Shown: positions 37,566 through 48,263 of the stretch, one piece after another
Layout: each line of letters begins with the position of its first letter
Position numbering within the stretch: position 1 is the stretch's first letter
Source of the DNA: Pseudomonadota bacterium
Lineage (GTDB): Bacteria > Desulfobacterota > Desulfobacteria > Desulfobacterales > UBA11574
Direction of reading: 5' to 3'
Assembly (NCBI GenBank): GCA_043827325.1
Contig: JBDRPF010000071.1
Span: forward strand, 7,795 to 71,794
Length of the DNA: 64,000 nucleotides
Position numbers and translations under genes: made by a program
The notes under the pieces: model-generated
The model's database searches: none
What the model was told of the DNA's origin: nothing
Seen by the model: only the letters and a program-made list of their open reading frames with translations

Positions 37566-38909
37566 ATGCTTACAGTCCGAATTAAAAAAGGATACGCTTT
37601 AAATATTGCCGGTGCGCCCTCCCGTGAAGTGACGGTTCTGGAAAAACCGGACCGGGTGGCACTGATGCCTGAACGTATCCCTTTTGTTAAGCCTCGCCTG
37701 AAGGTTCAGGTCGGTGACAGGGTCAAAATCGGCACGCCGCTCATCGAGGACAAGCGGAACCCGGATGTCAGATTTTTATCGCCGGGCGGCGGGGAAGTCA
37801 CCCGGATCCTTTTCGGCCCGCGCCGGGTCATCAGTGAGATTGTCATAACCCTGGACCACAGGGAGGAACGTGAAGAATTTCTTTCCTTCAGCGAAGCACA
37901 AATCGAAACCATCTCCAGGGCCGCGTTGATTGAGGCCATAATGACCGGAGGGTTGTGGCCGTTGCTGAGAGGACTGCCTTTTCGGGACATCGCGGACCCG
38001 GAATTCACGCCGCCGTCCATCATGGTCCGTCTTGACGCCACAGAGCCTTTCCAGCCCTCTCCGGAAGCCTACTTGAACGGAGAGGTCGATCTCTTCGAGT
38101 ACGGCGTAAAAATACTTCGCAGGCTGTCGGAAAACGTCTTCATCATCACTTCTACGGACAATTCGTTTGTTTTAAATCAGCTGAAAAACGATCTGACCCA
38201 TGCCGTTGACGGCGTTTATCCTGCCGATGATCCCGGCGTAGTGCTCTATCATATCAAAACCTCTCCGGTTGAAAACCGGGCCTGGTACATCGACGGCCAG
38301 GACGTGCTGCTGCTGGCCCGGCTTCTCACCACCGGCAAATACCCAGTTGAAAGAGTCGTCGCACTCGGAGGAGAGCCGGTTACGGAGAAAACACATTTTC
38401 TTACCCGGGCAGGCGTCCCCCTGGATCTTCTCACCCGTGGACGGACCGATGATACAATAGACGCCCGGTATATCGTGGGCGGGATATTTACGGGATACAC
38501 CGGCTCCAGGGATTCCTACATGGGATTTTACGAAAAATCGCTGGTCTTGGTGCCCGAAGGTGCCGAAAAGGAATTTTTCGGGTTCGCAAGACCCGGATTT
38601 GAGAAACCGAGCCGATCCAGGGCTTTTTTGTCCGCCTTCAACAAATCGGCCCTGCCCGTGGACTGCAACTACCATGGTGAAGAACGCGCCTGCGTGAACT
38701 GCGGCTACTGCGCCGAGGTCTGCCCGGTGGGCATTCTGCCTCAGTTTGCTTACAAATGCATATTGGCCGATGAAATTGATGAAGCCCTGGCTCACGGCAT
38801 GCTCGACTGTGTCGAGTGCGGTCTCTGTACGTATGTCTGCCCTTCCAAGGTGGAACTCAGCGACACTCTTAAGAATACCAGGAAGGCGTTTTATCTGGAA
38901 CAGATCTGA
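37566..38909 (+). CDS. nqrA: Na+-NQR subunit A with C-terminal 2x[4Fe-4S] motifs
   Basis: IKKG..LNIAG.P, KPRLKVQVGD.VK.G, SPGGG; first gene of nqrB-F; CVNCGYCAEVCP and CVECGLCTYVCP. Confidence 0.85.
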   Translation: MLTVRIKKGYALNIAGAPSREVTVLEKPDRVALMPERIPFVKPRLKVQVGDRVKIGTPLIEDKRNPDVRFLSPGGGEVTRILFGPRRVISEIVITLDHREEREEFLSFSEAQIETISRAALIEAIMTGGLWPLLRGLPFRDIADPEFTPPSIMVRLDATEPFQPSPEAYLNGEVDLFEYGVKILRRLSENVFIITSTDNSFVLNQLKNDLTHAVDGVYPADDPGVVLYHIKTSPVENRAWYIDGQDVLLLARLLTTGKYPVERVVALGGEPVTEKTHFLTRAGVPLDLLTRGRTDDTIDARYIVGGIFTGYTGSRDSYMGFYEKSLVLVPEGAEKEFFGFARPGFEKPSRSRAFLSAFNKSALPVDCNYHGEERACVNCGYCAEVCPVGILPQFAYKCILADEIDEALAHGMLDCVECGLCTYVCPSKVELSDTLKNTRKAFYLEQI

Positions 38910-38911
38910 CC

Positions 38912-40102
38912 ATGAAACGTATCAGAAACTTTTTCGACGCGAACCGAAAGCACTTTGTCGACGGCGGAAGATTTGAAAAGATCTACCCGCTGTTCGAGGC
39001 CGTCGAGACACTTTTTTTCATTCCGGGTCGCGTCACCCGGAAAGGCCCCCACCTGCGAGACAGTCTTGACCTGAAGCGCTTTATGAGCACCGTTCTTCTT
39101 GCCCTGATTCCCCCGCTCTTTTTCGGCCTCTATAACACCGGTTACCAGTCCAACCTCGCGTCCGGCCTTCCGCTCACGTTTTCAGACGTGATCTTAAAAG
39201 GCCTCTGGATCGTGGTGCCGATAATTGCGGTTTCATACGCGGTCGGGCTGTCCTGGGAGATTCTATTTGCTTCCATCAGAAAGCATACCGTCAGCGAAGG
39301 GTTTCTGGTCACCGGCCTGCTGTTCCCGCTCACGCTCCCGCCGACCATCCCCCTGTGGCAGGTCGCTATCGGCATCTCCTTTGGCGTTGTCATCGGCAAG
39401 GAAGTGTTCGGCGGAACCGGCAGAAACTTTTTAAACCCCGCATTGACCGGGCGCGCCTTTCTCTTTTTCGCCTACCCCGCCAATATGACGGGAGAAGCGG
39501 TATGGACGGTGGTCAGCAACCCAACCGGGACGGTCGACACTTTCAGCGGGGCAACACCACTGGTGGTTTCAGCGGTCAGCGGCGCCTTTAACGCCGTCGA
39601 ATCATCCCTGGCAAAAGCGGGCTTCACATCCGCCAAACTGTTTTTCGGCACATACCCGGGCAGCATCGGGGGAACATCCGCCCTCATGTGCCTCATCGGC
39701 GGCGCGATTCTCGTCTGCATGGGCATTGCCAGCTACCGGATTATGCTCGGCGGCGTCCTGGGGCTTCTCGCCGCGGCGGTCCCGGGATACCTTTTAAGCC
39801 TTTTCTCCGGGGGGTCGTCCATCCCGATGCTCTCGCTGCATCCATTTCACCATATGACCATGGGCGGCTTTGCATTTGGAATGATCTATATGGCTACCGA
39901 TCCGGTGACCGCTCCGGGAATGAATACGTCGAAATGGATATACGGATTTGCCATCGGTGTTTTGACGGTTTTGATACGGATATTCAATCCGGCCTTTCCG
40001 GAAGGAATCATGCTGGCAATTCTCTTTATGAACCTTTTTTCCCCGCTGCTGGATCACTATGAAATACAGGGCAGGCTGAAAAAAAGGGTGCCGAATGTCT
40101 AA
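38912..40102 (+). CDS. nqrB: Na+-NQR subunit B
   Basis: HLRDSLDLKR, KEVFGGTGRNFLNPAL, FMN site SGATPL, MATDPV, EGIMLAILF. Confidence 0.93.
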   Translation: MKRIRNFFDANRKHFVDGGRFEKIYPLFEAVETLFFIPGRVTRKGPHLRDSLDLKRFMSTVLLALIPPLFFGLYNTGYQSNLASGLPLTFSDVILKGLWIVVPIIAVSYAVGLSWEILFASIRKHTVSEGFLVTGLLFPLTLPPTIPLWQVAIGISFGVVIGKEVFGGTGRNFLNPALTGRAFLFFAYPANMTGEAVWTVVSNPTGTVDTFSGATPLVVSAVSGAFNAVESSLAKAGFTSAKLFFGTYPGSIGGTSALMCLIGGAILVCMGIASYRIMLGGVLGLLAAAVPGYLLSLFSGGSSIPMLSLHPFHHMTMGGFAFGMIYMATDPVTAPGMNTSKWIYGFAIGVLTVLIRIFNPAFPEGIMLAILFMNLFSPLLDHYEIQGRLKKRVPNV

Positions 40103-40805
40103 TCACCTCAAACCCATTGTCTTTGCGGCGGTGTTGAGCATTGTATGCGGAAGCCTCCTGACGCTGGCGTCCACCGGTCTCAAAGAATATCAGCTGAAAA
40201 ACATCGCCCTGGACAAACAGAAAAACATCTTGAAATCGGTCGGTTTGATCGGCGATGCAGCCCTCCCCCCGGCAGACGCCATCGACAAGCTGTACGCGGA
40301 CAACATCCGGCAGATGTGGGTCGGTTCCGGCGGAAAACTCGTCGCAAAAGCGGAAAAAGGCACAACTGACCTGCCGGTTTATCTGTATGTCAAAGGCGGC
40401 GACATTCAGTCTTTTATCATCCCCGTTGATTCCCGGGGGCTGTGGGGAAGGATTTTGGGATATCTCGCCCTGAAAAGTGACGGCGCTACGGTGGCCGGGT
40501 TTACGGTCTACAGCCACTCTGAAACACCCGGGCTCGGCGGAGAGATTGAAAAAAGCTGGTTTCAAAACAACTTTTCCGGAAAAAAGATACTGGACAATGA
40601 AGGGAATCTTGTTTCCGTGACCGTGGCAAAAGGCAAGGTAAAAGAAAGGATCGCCAAAGAGCGCCAGCCAAACTTCGTGGATGGGATCAGCGGTGCGACC
40701 CTCACCGGAAAATTTCTCTCGGGGGGCCTCAAGGAAACCCTCGTCGCGTACGAGCCCCTTTCCGAGAGATTCAGGAAAAAGGAAGTCAAAACCACGGAGA
40801 AATAG
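40095..40805 (+). CDS. nqrC: Na+-NQR subunit C
   Basis: GLWG, HSETPGLGGEI, FMN site DGISGATLT. Confidence 0.93.
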   Translation: MSNHLKPIVFAAVLSIVCGSLLTLASTGLKEYQLKNIALDKQKNILKSVGLIGDAALPPADAIDKLYADNIRQMWVGSGGKLVAKAEKGTTDLPVYLYVKGGDIQSFIIPVDSRGLWGRILGYLALKSDGATVAGFTVYSHSETPGLGGEIEKSWFQNNFSGKKILDNEGNLVSVTVAKGKVKERIAKERQPNFVDGISGATLTGKFLSGGLKETLVAYEPLSERFRKKEVKTTEK

Positions 40806-41423
40806 ATGAAACTTACGCGGACCAAAGCGTTCAAGGTATTTTTTAACCCGATCTGGGAAAGCAATCCCATTTCCGGTCAGATTCTCGGAATATGCTCCGC
40901 TCTGGCCGTGACCGTCCAGCTGAAAACCGCCATCGTCATGGGTCTCGCCCTCACATTTGTACTTGCGTTTTCCAATTTTCTGGTTTCCCTGATGCGAAAT
41001 CTTATTCCCAGAAACATCAGGATTATCGCTGAACTCACCATCGTCGCCACCCTGGTCATTTTCGCCGACCAGATGCTGAAGGCCTTTCTGTATGATATCA
41101 GCAAGCAACTCTCCGTATTCGTGGGGTTGATTATTACAAACTGCATCATTCTGGGGCGGGCGGAAACTTACGCCCTGGGCAACCCGCCGGGCCTGTCCCT
41201 GCTGGACGGTATCGGCAACGGCCTGGGTTACAGTCAGATTCTGGTAACGGTGGCACTCTTCCGGGAACTCCTCGGCGCCGGAACACTTCTGGGGTATCCG
41301 GTCGTGCCCCAGGCGCTGTATGCCGCGGGGTATAAAAATATGGGGTTTATGGTTCTGGCCCCCGGGGCTTTTATCGCCATCGGTCTCATCGTGTGGCTAC
41401 AGAAAACCGTTTCCAATAAGTAA
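40806..41423 (+). CDS. nqrD: Na+-NQR subunit D
   Basis: NPI..QILGICSALAVT, SKQLSVFVGLIITNCI..GRAE. Confidence 0.93.
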   Translation: MKLTRTKAFKVFFNPIWESNPISGQILGICSALAVTVQLKTAIVMGLALTFVLAFSNFLVSLMRNLIPRNIRIIAELTIVATLVIFADQMLKAFLYDISKQLSVFVGLIITNCIILGRAETYALGNPPGLSLLDGIGNGLGYSQILVTVALFRELLGAGTLLGYPVVPQALYAAGYKNMGFMVLAPGAFIAIGLIVWLQKTVSNK

Positions 41424-41433
41424 TACTTGAAAT

Positions 41434-42042
41434 ATGGAAAACCTCATCAGCATATTCTTGAATTCGGTATTTGTGGGCAACATCCTGCTGGCCTATTTCC
41501 TCGGAATGTGTTCCTTTCTCGCCATTTCCAGGAACCTGGAAACCGCCACCGGTCTGGGCTTCGCGGTAACTTTCGTCCTTGCCATCACCACGCCGGCCAA
41601 CTGGCTGATCTATCATTACCTCCTTGCGCCCGGCGCGCTGAAATGGGCGGGATTGCCGGGTGTGGATCTGAGCTTTTTGAAATTTATTATCTTTATCGCC
41701 GTTATCGCCGCCATCGTTCAGGCCCTGGAAATGATCATTGACAGGTATTCACCGCCCCTGTACACCGCGCTGGGCGTTTTTCTCCCCCTGATCGCGGTGA
41801 ACTGTGCGATTCTGGGCACCGCCCTCTTCATGGTGGAGCGGAATTATAATTTTATGGAATCGGTTGTCTATGGGACGGGTTCGGGCTTCGGCTGGATGCT
41901 GGCCATCGTCACCATGGCCGGAATCCGAAAAAAACTGAGATACGCGGATGTCCCCAAAGGTCTCGAGGGTTTCGGCATCAGCATGATCATCGCCGGGCTT
42001 ATGGCCATGGCATTTATGCTTTTTTCGGGTATCACGTTATGA
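41434..42042 (+). CDS. nqrE: Na+-NQR subunit E
   Basis: [32 protein letters not shown]. Confidence 0.93.
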   Translation: MENLISIFLNSVFVGNILLAYFLGMCSFLAISRNLETATGLGFAVTFVLAITTPANWLIYHYLLAPGALKWAGLPGVDLSFLKFIIFIAVIAAIVQALEMIIDRYSPPLYTALGVFLPLIAVNCAILGTALFMVERNYNFMESVVYGTGSGFGWMLAIVTMAGIRKKLRYADVPKGLEGFGISMIIAGLMAMAFMLFSGITL

Positions 42043-43262
42043 TCTATATCGTCAGTCTGACGGTTTTTACCGGAATCATATTCACCCTTGTCGGACTGCT
42101 TCTGCTGGTTGAAGCCAAGGTGGTGAAGTCGGATGACTGTGTGATCGTCATCAACGACGACGAGGAAAAAAGCCTGAAAGTCCTGGGGGGCACCACGCTG
42201 TTGTCCGCCCTTTCAGCCAATCACGTTTTCCTGCCCTCGGCCTGCGGCGGCGGCGGATCTTGCGGAACGTGCAAGTGCGTGGTGGAAGAGGGCGGAAGGG
42301 GCATCCTACCCACAGAACTCGCCCACCTGACCCGGAGGGAAAAACGGGAAAACGTCCGGCTGTCCTGCCAGGTTAAGGTAAAAGAAGATTTGAAAATCAG
42401 AATACCCGAGGAAATATTCAACGTCAGAAAATACAACGCGGTCGTGGTTTCGAACGAAAATGTGGCAACATTCATCAAGGAGTTGATCATAAAGCTCGAC
42501 CCCGGTGAAAACCTCGAATTCAAAGCCGGCGCCTTCATTCAGATCGACATTCCGGAATACGAGCTGTCGTTTTCAGAGTTCAGGGTCAGGGTTGCCGAAC
42601 GTTTCCGGCCGGATTGGGACGCATTCAACCTCTGGGGACTGCATGCTGAAGCGGATGAACCCATATTCAGGGCCTACTCACTGGCGAACCCTCCCGCTGA
42701 AAAGAACACTTTACGATTTACGATCCGTATAGCCACGCCGCCGCCGAGGGTTTCGGAAGCGCCCCCCGGGGTCGGCTCTTCGTTCATTTTCAACCTGAAA
42801 CCGGGAGACCCGGTCACGCTGAGTGGCCCGTACGGAGAGTTTTTCGTCAAAGACACGGACAGGGAGATCTGCTTTGTCGGAGGCGGCGCCGGAATGGCGC
42901 CGTTACAAAGCCATATCATGCATCATCTCAAGACACTCAGAACAAAACGCAAAATCACCTTCTGGTACGGGGCCAGGTCAAAACTGGAGCTTTTTTTCGA
43001 GAAAGAATTCAAGGATCTTGAAAAGGAATTTGAGAATTTTTCATTTTTTGCCGCCCTTTCCCAACCCAAGCCGGAGGACGATTGGGAGGGGATGACCGGA
43101 TATATCCACCAGTGTCTTTACGACCATTATCTCGGCAAACATGAAGACCCCACCGAAATCGAGTATTACCTCTGCGGTCCGCCCATGATGATTGATGCCA
43201 TCGAAGACATGCTGGATAACCTCGGAGTGGATCCGGAGATGATCGCCTACGACAAATTCTAA
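42039..43262 (+). CDS. nqrF: Na+-NQR subunit F
   Basis: [38 protein letters not shown]. Confidence 0.95.
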   Translation: MIYIVSLTVFTGIIFTLVGLLLLVEAKVVKSDDCVIVINDDEEKSLKVLGGTTLLSALSANHVFLPSACGGGGSCGTCKCVVEEGGRGILPTELAHLTRREKRENVRLSCQVKVKEDLKIRIPEEIFNVRKYNAVVVSNENVATFIKELIIKLDPGENLEFKAGAFIQIDIPEYELSFSEFRVRVAERFRPDWDAFNLWGLHAEADEPIFRAYSLANPPAEKNTLRFTIRIATPPPRVSEAPPGVGSSFIFNLKPGDPVTLSGPYGEFFVKDTDREICFVGGGAGMAPLQSHIMHHLKTLRTKRKITFWYGARSKLELFFEKEFKDLEKEFENFSFFAALSQPKPEDDWEGMTGYIHQCLYDHYLGKHEDPTEIEYYLCGPPMMIDAIEDMLDNLGVDPEMIAYDKF

Positions 43263-43275
43263 CACGGTTTTCGGG

Positions 43276-43605
43276 TCAAAACATCTTTTCCGGCGGTCGC
43301 CGCTCCGGCACATAGTCGTGAGGGATCTTTCCGTCGTTCCACGCTTTTGAGACGTAAAGATTACAGTAGCAGCTGCCGTATTCTTCGACGTCCGGTTCCC
43401 GATAAACGCACGGGCAAATGATGTCCTTGTCGGTTGCCTGGTTTCCGGACGCCAGGCGGCAGGGGCAGACCATGTAGCCATAACGGTTTTTGTTTACAAT
43501 GAGGGCCTCCAGGAGCTCGAACACCCGTTCTCTGTCCGAGTTAAAATAATACCCCTTTGGCTCCTGGATTTTCCTCAATATTTCATACAGTTTTCCGGCG
43601 TTCAT
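43276..43605 (-). CDS. ferredoxin:thioredoxin reductase catalytic-subunit-like protein
   Basis: CPCR...CPC...CYC motifs, YVPERRP. Confidence 0.88.
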   Translation of the reverse strand: MNAGKLYEILRKIQEPKGYYFNSDRERVFELLEALIVNKNRYGYMVCPCRLASGNQATDKDIICPCVYREPDVEEYGSCYCNLYVSKAWNDGKIPHDYVPERRPPEKMF

Positions 43606-43859
43606 TACAATCCCAGGGCCTCCTTTATCGCGTTTTCCTTAAACCCGACGATGACTGTTTCACCGATGATTATGGTCGGAAAAGAACATTTCGGGTTGAA
43701 CTTTTTGACATCCGCCAGAATTGCCTTCCGCTCCTCACCTTCCAGAAGATCCACGTCGATAAAATCGTACTTGACCGTGCACTCGTTAAGGAACTCTTTG
43801 GTGAATTTACAGTGGCTGCATGTGCTCAGCGAATAAATTTTGACCGGCTTGTCAGACAT
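43605..43859 (-). CDS. glutaredoxin/NrdH-like redoxin
   Basis: YSLSTCSHC, SFPTIII, IVGF; translationally coupled to the FTR-like gene. Confidence 0.85.
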   Translation of the reverse strand: MSDKPVKIYSLSTCSHCKFTKEFLNECTVKYDFIDVDLLEGEERKAILADVKKFNPKCSFPTIIIGETVIVGFKENAIKEALGL

Positions 43860-43937
43860 GACGGCTTCCTTTCCTAGTATAGTTTTAAAATTTAATATTA
43901 TAAAACACATTCAGCGGAACATTACAATGATCTCATT

Positions 43938-44056
43938 AATGAAACTTACGTTCTGTTCTTATATTAATAATCATCGTCTACAAAGGTCGGCTATCCCGGA
44001 ACCGTCAAACTCCGGGAGTCTCCCCGGCAGATCCGGGGGTTTACCGATGATTATTA
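43938..44056. repeat. ~120-bp dispersed repeat, copy 1 (IS200/IS605-like end)
   Basis: near-identical to 52956-53075; TAATAATCATCG...CGATGATTATTA encloses the hairpin CCCCGGCAGATCCGGGG. Confidence 0.8.
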
Positions 44057-44144
44057 AGCGAGTCAAAAAAGTTAACCCTTCGTCGGCTGCCCGTTTCACC
44101 TGTAATGTCTATTTCCAGAGCCGCTTTCTTTTTTATTTTCTTTC

Positions 44145-44190
44145 TTGACAAACAATGAGCAGATGATAAACTTATTAGTAATCATTATTA
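44145..44190 (+). promoter_or_regulatory. putative cooS promoter with Fur/PerR-box-like site
   Basis: TTGACA-16 nt-TAAACT (extended TG); CTTATTAGTAATCATTATT matches 13/19 positions of the Fur consensus. Confidence 0.45.
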
Positions 44191-44309
44191 TTAAGAGCTA
44201 TCCGCTTCATGCGGGTGAAATGAGCGTGGCATGCTCAAATTCGTGCCGCTGTGATTTATTAAATTTATAAACATAACACGCCATATTTTCCAATAAGGAG
44301 GATTTTCAC

Positions 44310-46340
44310 ATGTCAACCGAAGAAAAAAACGAAAAGGAAGCCAAGCTGAAAAAGCTCGCCGACCCGATTGCCGCTTCCATTGATCCGGCGACGCAGGAAA
44401 TGATCGTCCGGGCTCAGAAACTGGGTATCGACACCGTGTTTGACAGGGCCGTGACCATGAAGCCGTGCAACATCGGGCTCCAGGGCATCTGTTGTAAGAA
44501 CTGCGCCATGGGGCCGTGCCGTCTCCCGTTGCCCAAGGCGGGGATCGAGGGCGAGGACACCCGGAAAGGTCTCTGCGGTGCCACCCCCAACACCATCGCG
44601 GCCAGAAACTTTGCCCGTATGGTGGCCGCCGGATCGGCCGCACACTCGGATCACGGCCGCTCGGTGGCCGAGGTGTTTTTGTCCGTGGCCAGAAAAGAGA
44701 CCGAAGACTATACCATCAAAGATCCGGACAAGTTGCTGCAAATCGCGCCTTACTTCGAGGTCGCCACCACGGTGGAAGTGGACGGCAAGCAGGTGGACCG
44801 GGATTTTGACGAGATCGCCCTCGAGGTGGCTGAAAAGGCCATTGCCGAGTGGGGCAAGACCGAAGGGGAGCTGCATTACCTGAAACGGGCACCCGCGCCG
44901 CTGTACGAGCGCTGGAAAAAACTGGGCGTTCTTCCCCGAAACATCGACAGAGAAATTGTGGAGATCATGCACCGGACCCACATGGGTGTCGACCAGGATT
45001 ACAAGAACATCGTCAAGCAGTGCACCCGGGCGTCTCTCGCGGACGGCTGGGGCGGCGCAATGATCGCCACCGATCTCCAGGATGTCATGTTCGGATCGCC
45101 TTCACCCCTGCAGTCCGAGGCCAACCTCGGCATCATGAAGCAGGACCACGTCAACATCATCATTCACGGTCACGAGCCGGTGCTGTCCGAGATGATCATA
45201 GCAGCCGCCCAATCCAAAGAGATGCTGGATTATGCCAAATCAAAGGGGGCCAAGGGGATTCAGCTGGGCGGCATCTGCTGTACGGGCAACGAGATCCTTC
45301 AGCGCCACGGCGTCCCGCCGGCTGGGAACTTCCTCCAGCAGGAGCTTGCCATAATCACCGGCACCTGCGATGCCATGGTGGTGGATGTGCAGTGCGTGTT
45401 CCAGAACCTCGCCAACGTGGCCAAGTGCTTCCACACCAAACTGATCACCACCCACCCCATCGCGCGGATGGAGCAGGACAACGTGATTCACATCGAGTTC
45501 GACGAGCATCACGCCATGGAAGATGCCAAGCGCATCGTCACCATGGCCATCGACAACTTCCTGAATCGCGGTGCCGATGTCATGATTCCCAAGCACAAAG
45601 CCGTGCAGATCGCCGGCTTCGGTGTGGAATCCATCCGGTACCACCTGGGCGGGACCTTCCGCGGATCTTACTTTACACTCAACGACAACATCATCAACGG
45701 CCGCATCCGGGGCGTTGCCGGTGTGGTGGGCTGCAACAACGCCCGTGTCAAGCATAACGAGGAACATGTCGAAATCATCAAGGAACTGATCAAGAACGAC
45801 GTGCTGGTCCTCACCACGGGGTGCAGCGGCATCACGCTGGCCATGCACGGGCTGCTCCAGCCGGAAACGGCGCAGGTTTTCTGCGGACCGGGTCTGGCCG
45901 AGGTGTGCGAGGTCGTGGGCATCCCGCCGGTGCTGCATCTGGGCTCCTGTGTGGACAACAGCCGCATCCTGCTGGCCGCGACCGAAGTGGTCAAGGCCGG
46001 CGGCCTGGGCAACGACATCCGGGACCTTCCGGTGGCCGGGAGCGCGCCGGAGTGGATGAGCGAGAAGGCCATTGCCATCGGACAGTACTTTGTCGCATCC
46101 GGCGTGTACACGGTTTTCGGGTATCACATGCCCCTGGACGGCGCGCCGGTGTTTAAGAATTACCTGTACAAGGAGCTGGAGAAGATTTACGGCGGCATGT
46201 GGGATTGCGAAGCGGACCCGATAAAACACGCCCGGAAAATGATCGCCCATATCGACAGGAAGCGCAAGGAACTCGGGATCGACAAGGCCCGGGAACGGGT
46301 GCTCATGGACATGGCCGATCGCCAGGCACTGGAAGCATAA
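44310..46340 (+). CDS. cooS: anaerobic Ni,Fe carbon monoxide dehydrogenase catalytic subunit
   Basis: PC..G..GICCKNCAMGPC, AAHSDH, HGHEP, ICCTGNE, DVQC, GCNN, TGC, GSCVDN, PEWMSEKA. Confidence 0.95.
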   Translation: MSTEEKNEKEAKLKKLADPIAASIDPATQEMIVRAQKLGIDTVFDRAVTMKPCNIGLQGICCKNCAMGPCRLPLPKAGIEGEDTRKGLCGATPNTIAARNFARMVAAGSAAHSDHGRSVAEVFLSVARKETEDYTIKDPDKLLQIAPYFEVATTVEVDGKQVDRDFDEIALEVAEKAIAEWGKTEGELHYLKRAPAPLYERWKKLGVLPRNIDREIVEIMHRTHMGVDQDYKNIVKQCTRASLADGWGGAMIATDLQDVMFGSPSPLQSEANLGIMKQDHVNIIIHGHEPVLSEMIIAAAQSKEMLDYAKSKGAKGIQLGGICCTGNEILQRHGVPPAGNFLQQELAIITGTCDAMVVDVQCVFQNLANVAKCFHTKLITTHPIARMEQDNVIHIEFDEHHAMEDAKRIVTMAIDNFLNRGADVMIPKHKAVQIAGFGVESIRYHLGGTFRGSYFTLNDNIINGRIRGVAGVVGCNNARVKHNEEHVEIIKELIKNDVLVLTTGCSGITLAMHGLLQPETAQVFCGPGLAEVCEVVGIPPVLHLGSCVDNSRILLAATEVVKAGGLGNDIRDLPVAGSAPEWMSEKAIAIGQYFVASGVYTVFGYHMPLDGAPVFKNYLYKELEKIYGGMWDCEADPIKHARKMIAHIDRKRKELGIDKARERVLMDMADRQALEA

Positions 46341-46443
46341 AATCGTGTTACGATTTTATCCGCCTCAGGCGGATTAATCCAACCCCCGCAGCCAGGACGT
46401 ATCGGTGATCTCAAGTCGAGTCGCTGCGGGATGCTTGAATTTA

Positions 46444-46478
46444 AAAAGGGGCTCTATTATAGAGCCCCTTTTTATTTT
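46444..46478. terminator. bidirectional terminator
   Basis: AAAAAGGGGCTCTAT-T-ATAGAGCCCCTTTTT between convergent genes. Confidence 0.8.
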
Positions 46479-46747
46479 GTTCTGAAAAACCTGATCCTTT
46501 GGGCTAGGATTCTTTACCGAAGCGTTCATACAGCCCGGCGTAACATTTCGCAATCCCTACCCTTTGTTTTTCCTATGCTCAGGATCCGCCGCTCCACCCT
46601 TGTCTCCTGTCACCTGACAGGAATTCCGCACTCAGGTGGAAACTCCGAGTTTGGGCAGGATATACGCCTGCAAAAGATACCAGATTCCCACGATTCCCAG
46701 AAAAATACCTATTTCTTTCATAATGTTACTCCGTTTTCCTCATTCCA

Positions 46748-47569
46748 TCAATGGGGTGAAACATCTGGCGTGAGACAACACTTCACATAATCACGCGCCC
46801 GGTCCACGGCGGCGGTTATCTCTTCTGAGTCCGGCAGGGTCGCCGCAATCCGTTCGATGTATTCACGGTGTCGAACCATCCGGAACGAAGGGGTAAAGTT
46901 GAGATCAAAAACCCAGCTGATCTGGAGCAGTTTAAAATCGTTTAACGTTTTTAAATCCTGCATCCGCGCAAATCTTTGCGCATTCAGCGCTTCGACAATC
47001 TGCTTCGAGTACCCCGGCCCGTCGGGAAGTCCTATTTCAATGACCGTACTCGGTTTTGTCCTGCGCTCCTGATAGTAATCGATAAAGACCTGCCATATGT
47101 CGAGTTTGTCCGCGTCTCGAAGAAGACGCATGAAGAAAAGTTGCCGGGGCGCATCGGTTTCCGGCAGTGCCAACGCATTGTGAAAGGCAATGGCCCTTGT
47201 GATCAACCGTCTTTCGTCTCGGGTATACACCGACAAAACCCGGCGTGTCGCAAGCTGCCGTATGCCGAGTCTCGCGTGATTGATGGAAATCCTGTCGTTG
47301 AAGGTCCCGTATTCGGCATATTGTTTAAACCTTCCGACATCGTGAAACAGCGCCATGGTTTCCGCCAGGAGCATGTCGTGACCCGGCAGGTCCAGGGCTT
47401 TACCCAGCGCGATGATGTTCTCACATACCCGCCGTGTGTGCTCTTCCTTAAGCCGGATGGGCCGGTTGTAATCCGCATCACGCCGGTAAAATCCGGAGAC
47501 ATAATCGGAGAACCATTTTTTAAGGTTTTTTAAATCTTCTCTATCCAATAAATACTGCCCACCCAGCAT
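46748..47569 (-). CDS. HD-domain phosphohydrolase
   Basis: KEEHT.RV, LFHDVGRF.QY, NHA, FHN, RDADKLDI. Confidence 0.85.
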   Translation of the reverse strand: MLGGQYLLDREDLKNLKKWFSDYVSGFYRRDADYNRPIRLKEEHTRRVCENIIALGKALDLPGHDMLLAETMALFHDVGRFKQYAEYGTFNDRISINHARLGIRQLATRRVLSVYTRDERRLITRAIAFHNALALPETDAPRQLFFMRLLRDADKLDIWQVFIDYYQERRTKPSTVIEIGLPDGPGYSKQIVEALNAQRFARMQDLKTLNDFKLLQISWVFDLNFTPSFRMVRHREYIERIAATLPDSEEITAAVDRARDYVKCCLTPDVSPH

Positions 47570-47587
47570 TTACTTTTGATTACCGGT

Positions 47588-48070
47588 TCACAGGTATTTT
47601 TCTTCAATCAGATCCGCCAGCGCTTCGATCTCATCCAGACCGAATGTCGGAACGTTGAGCCGTATCGCCGTGTCGGTGACGAGGGCGATCAGGTTTTTAT
47701 CGTCCCGGCACAGCGGCCCTGCGTTTCTTTCCGCACGGCACACTTCGATTTTGGGCCTGTTTTGCCGCTTAAACCCCTCGGTGATGACCAGATCCATCTC
47801 TTCAAAATACCTGTCGAGTCCGTCAAACCCATCAAACGCTTCGTCTTTCACCATCGCGATCCGGTCCGGGGAAACAACCATGACCGTTTCCGCGCCGGAA
47901 GCCTTGTGCCGCCAGCTGTCTTTGCCCTCCTTGTCCATATTAAAATCATGATGGGCATGCTTAATGGTGCCGATCCTGTAGCCCCGATTTTTCAATTCGG
48001 GAATCAGCTTTTCAATGAGCGTGGTCTTGCCGGATTTGGATTTTCCCACAATAGAAATAATTGGCGGCAT
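47588..48070 (-). CDS. mobB: molybdopterin-guanine dinucleotide biosynthesis protein B
   Basis: GKSKSGKTT, IKHAHH.F..D.EGKDSWRH, EGFK. Confidence 0.92.
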   Translation of the reverse strand: MPPIISIVGKSKSGKTTLIEKLIPELKNRGYRIGTIKHAHHDFNMDKEGKDSWRHKASGAETVMVVSPDRIAMVKDEAFDGFDGLDRYFEEMDLVITEGFKRQNRPKIEVCRAERNAGPLCRDDKNLIALVTDTAIRLNVPTFGLDEIEALADLIEEKYL

Positions 48071-48263
48071 GTCTTGTTCCCTGTATTATCCTTTTTCAAG
48101 GTCTGGAAACTAAGCCGGTTCAGACATTTTGTCAAGGCAATTACCGGATCACGCTGTATTCCGACTTGACACACATGGGCCGTTTCTCTAAACTAAGATG
48201 TTTAAAAACAAAACACCTGTCATTTGAACTGTTTATATCTACTACATATAAAAAGTCTGAGCT

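Noticed and set aside
45240-46250. Long alternative ORFs over cooS (also those over nqrC/D, livM and the TrxR fusion)
   Set aside because: Expected antisense or off-frame ORFs in GC3-rich coding DNA; the annotated frames carry the family motifs.
46431-46790. 119-aa ORF after cooS
   Set aside because: It crosses a terminator, overlaps the HD gene end, and has no SD or motif support.
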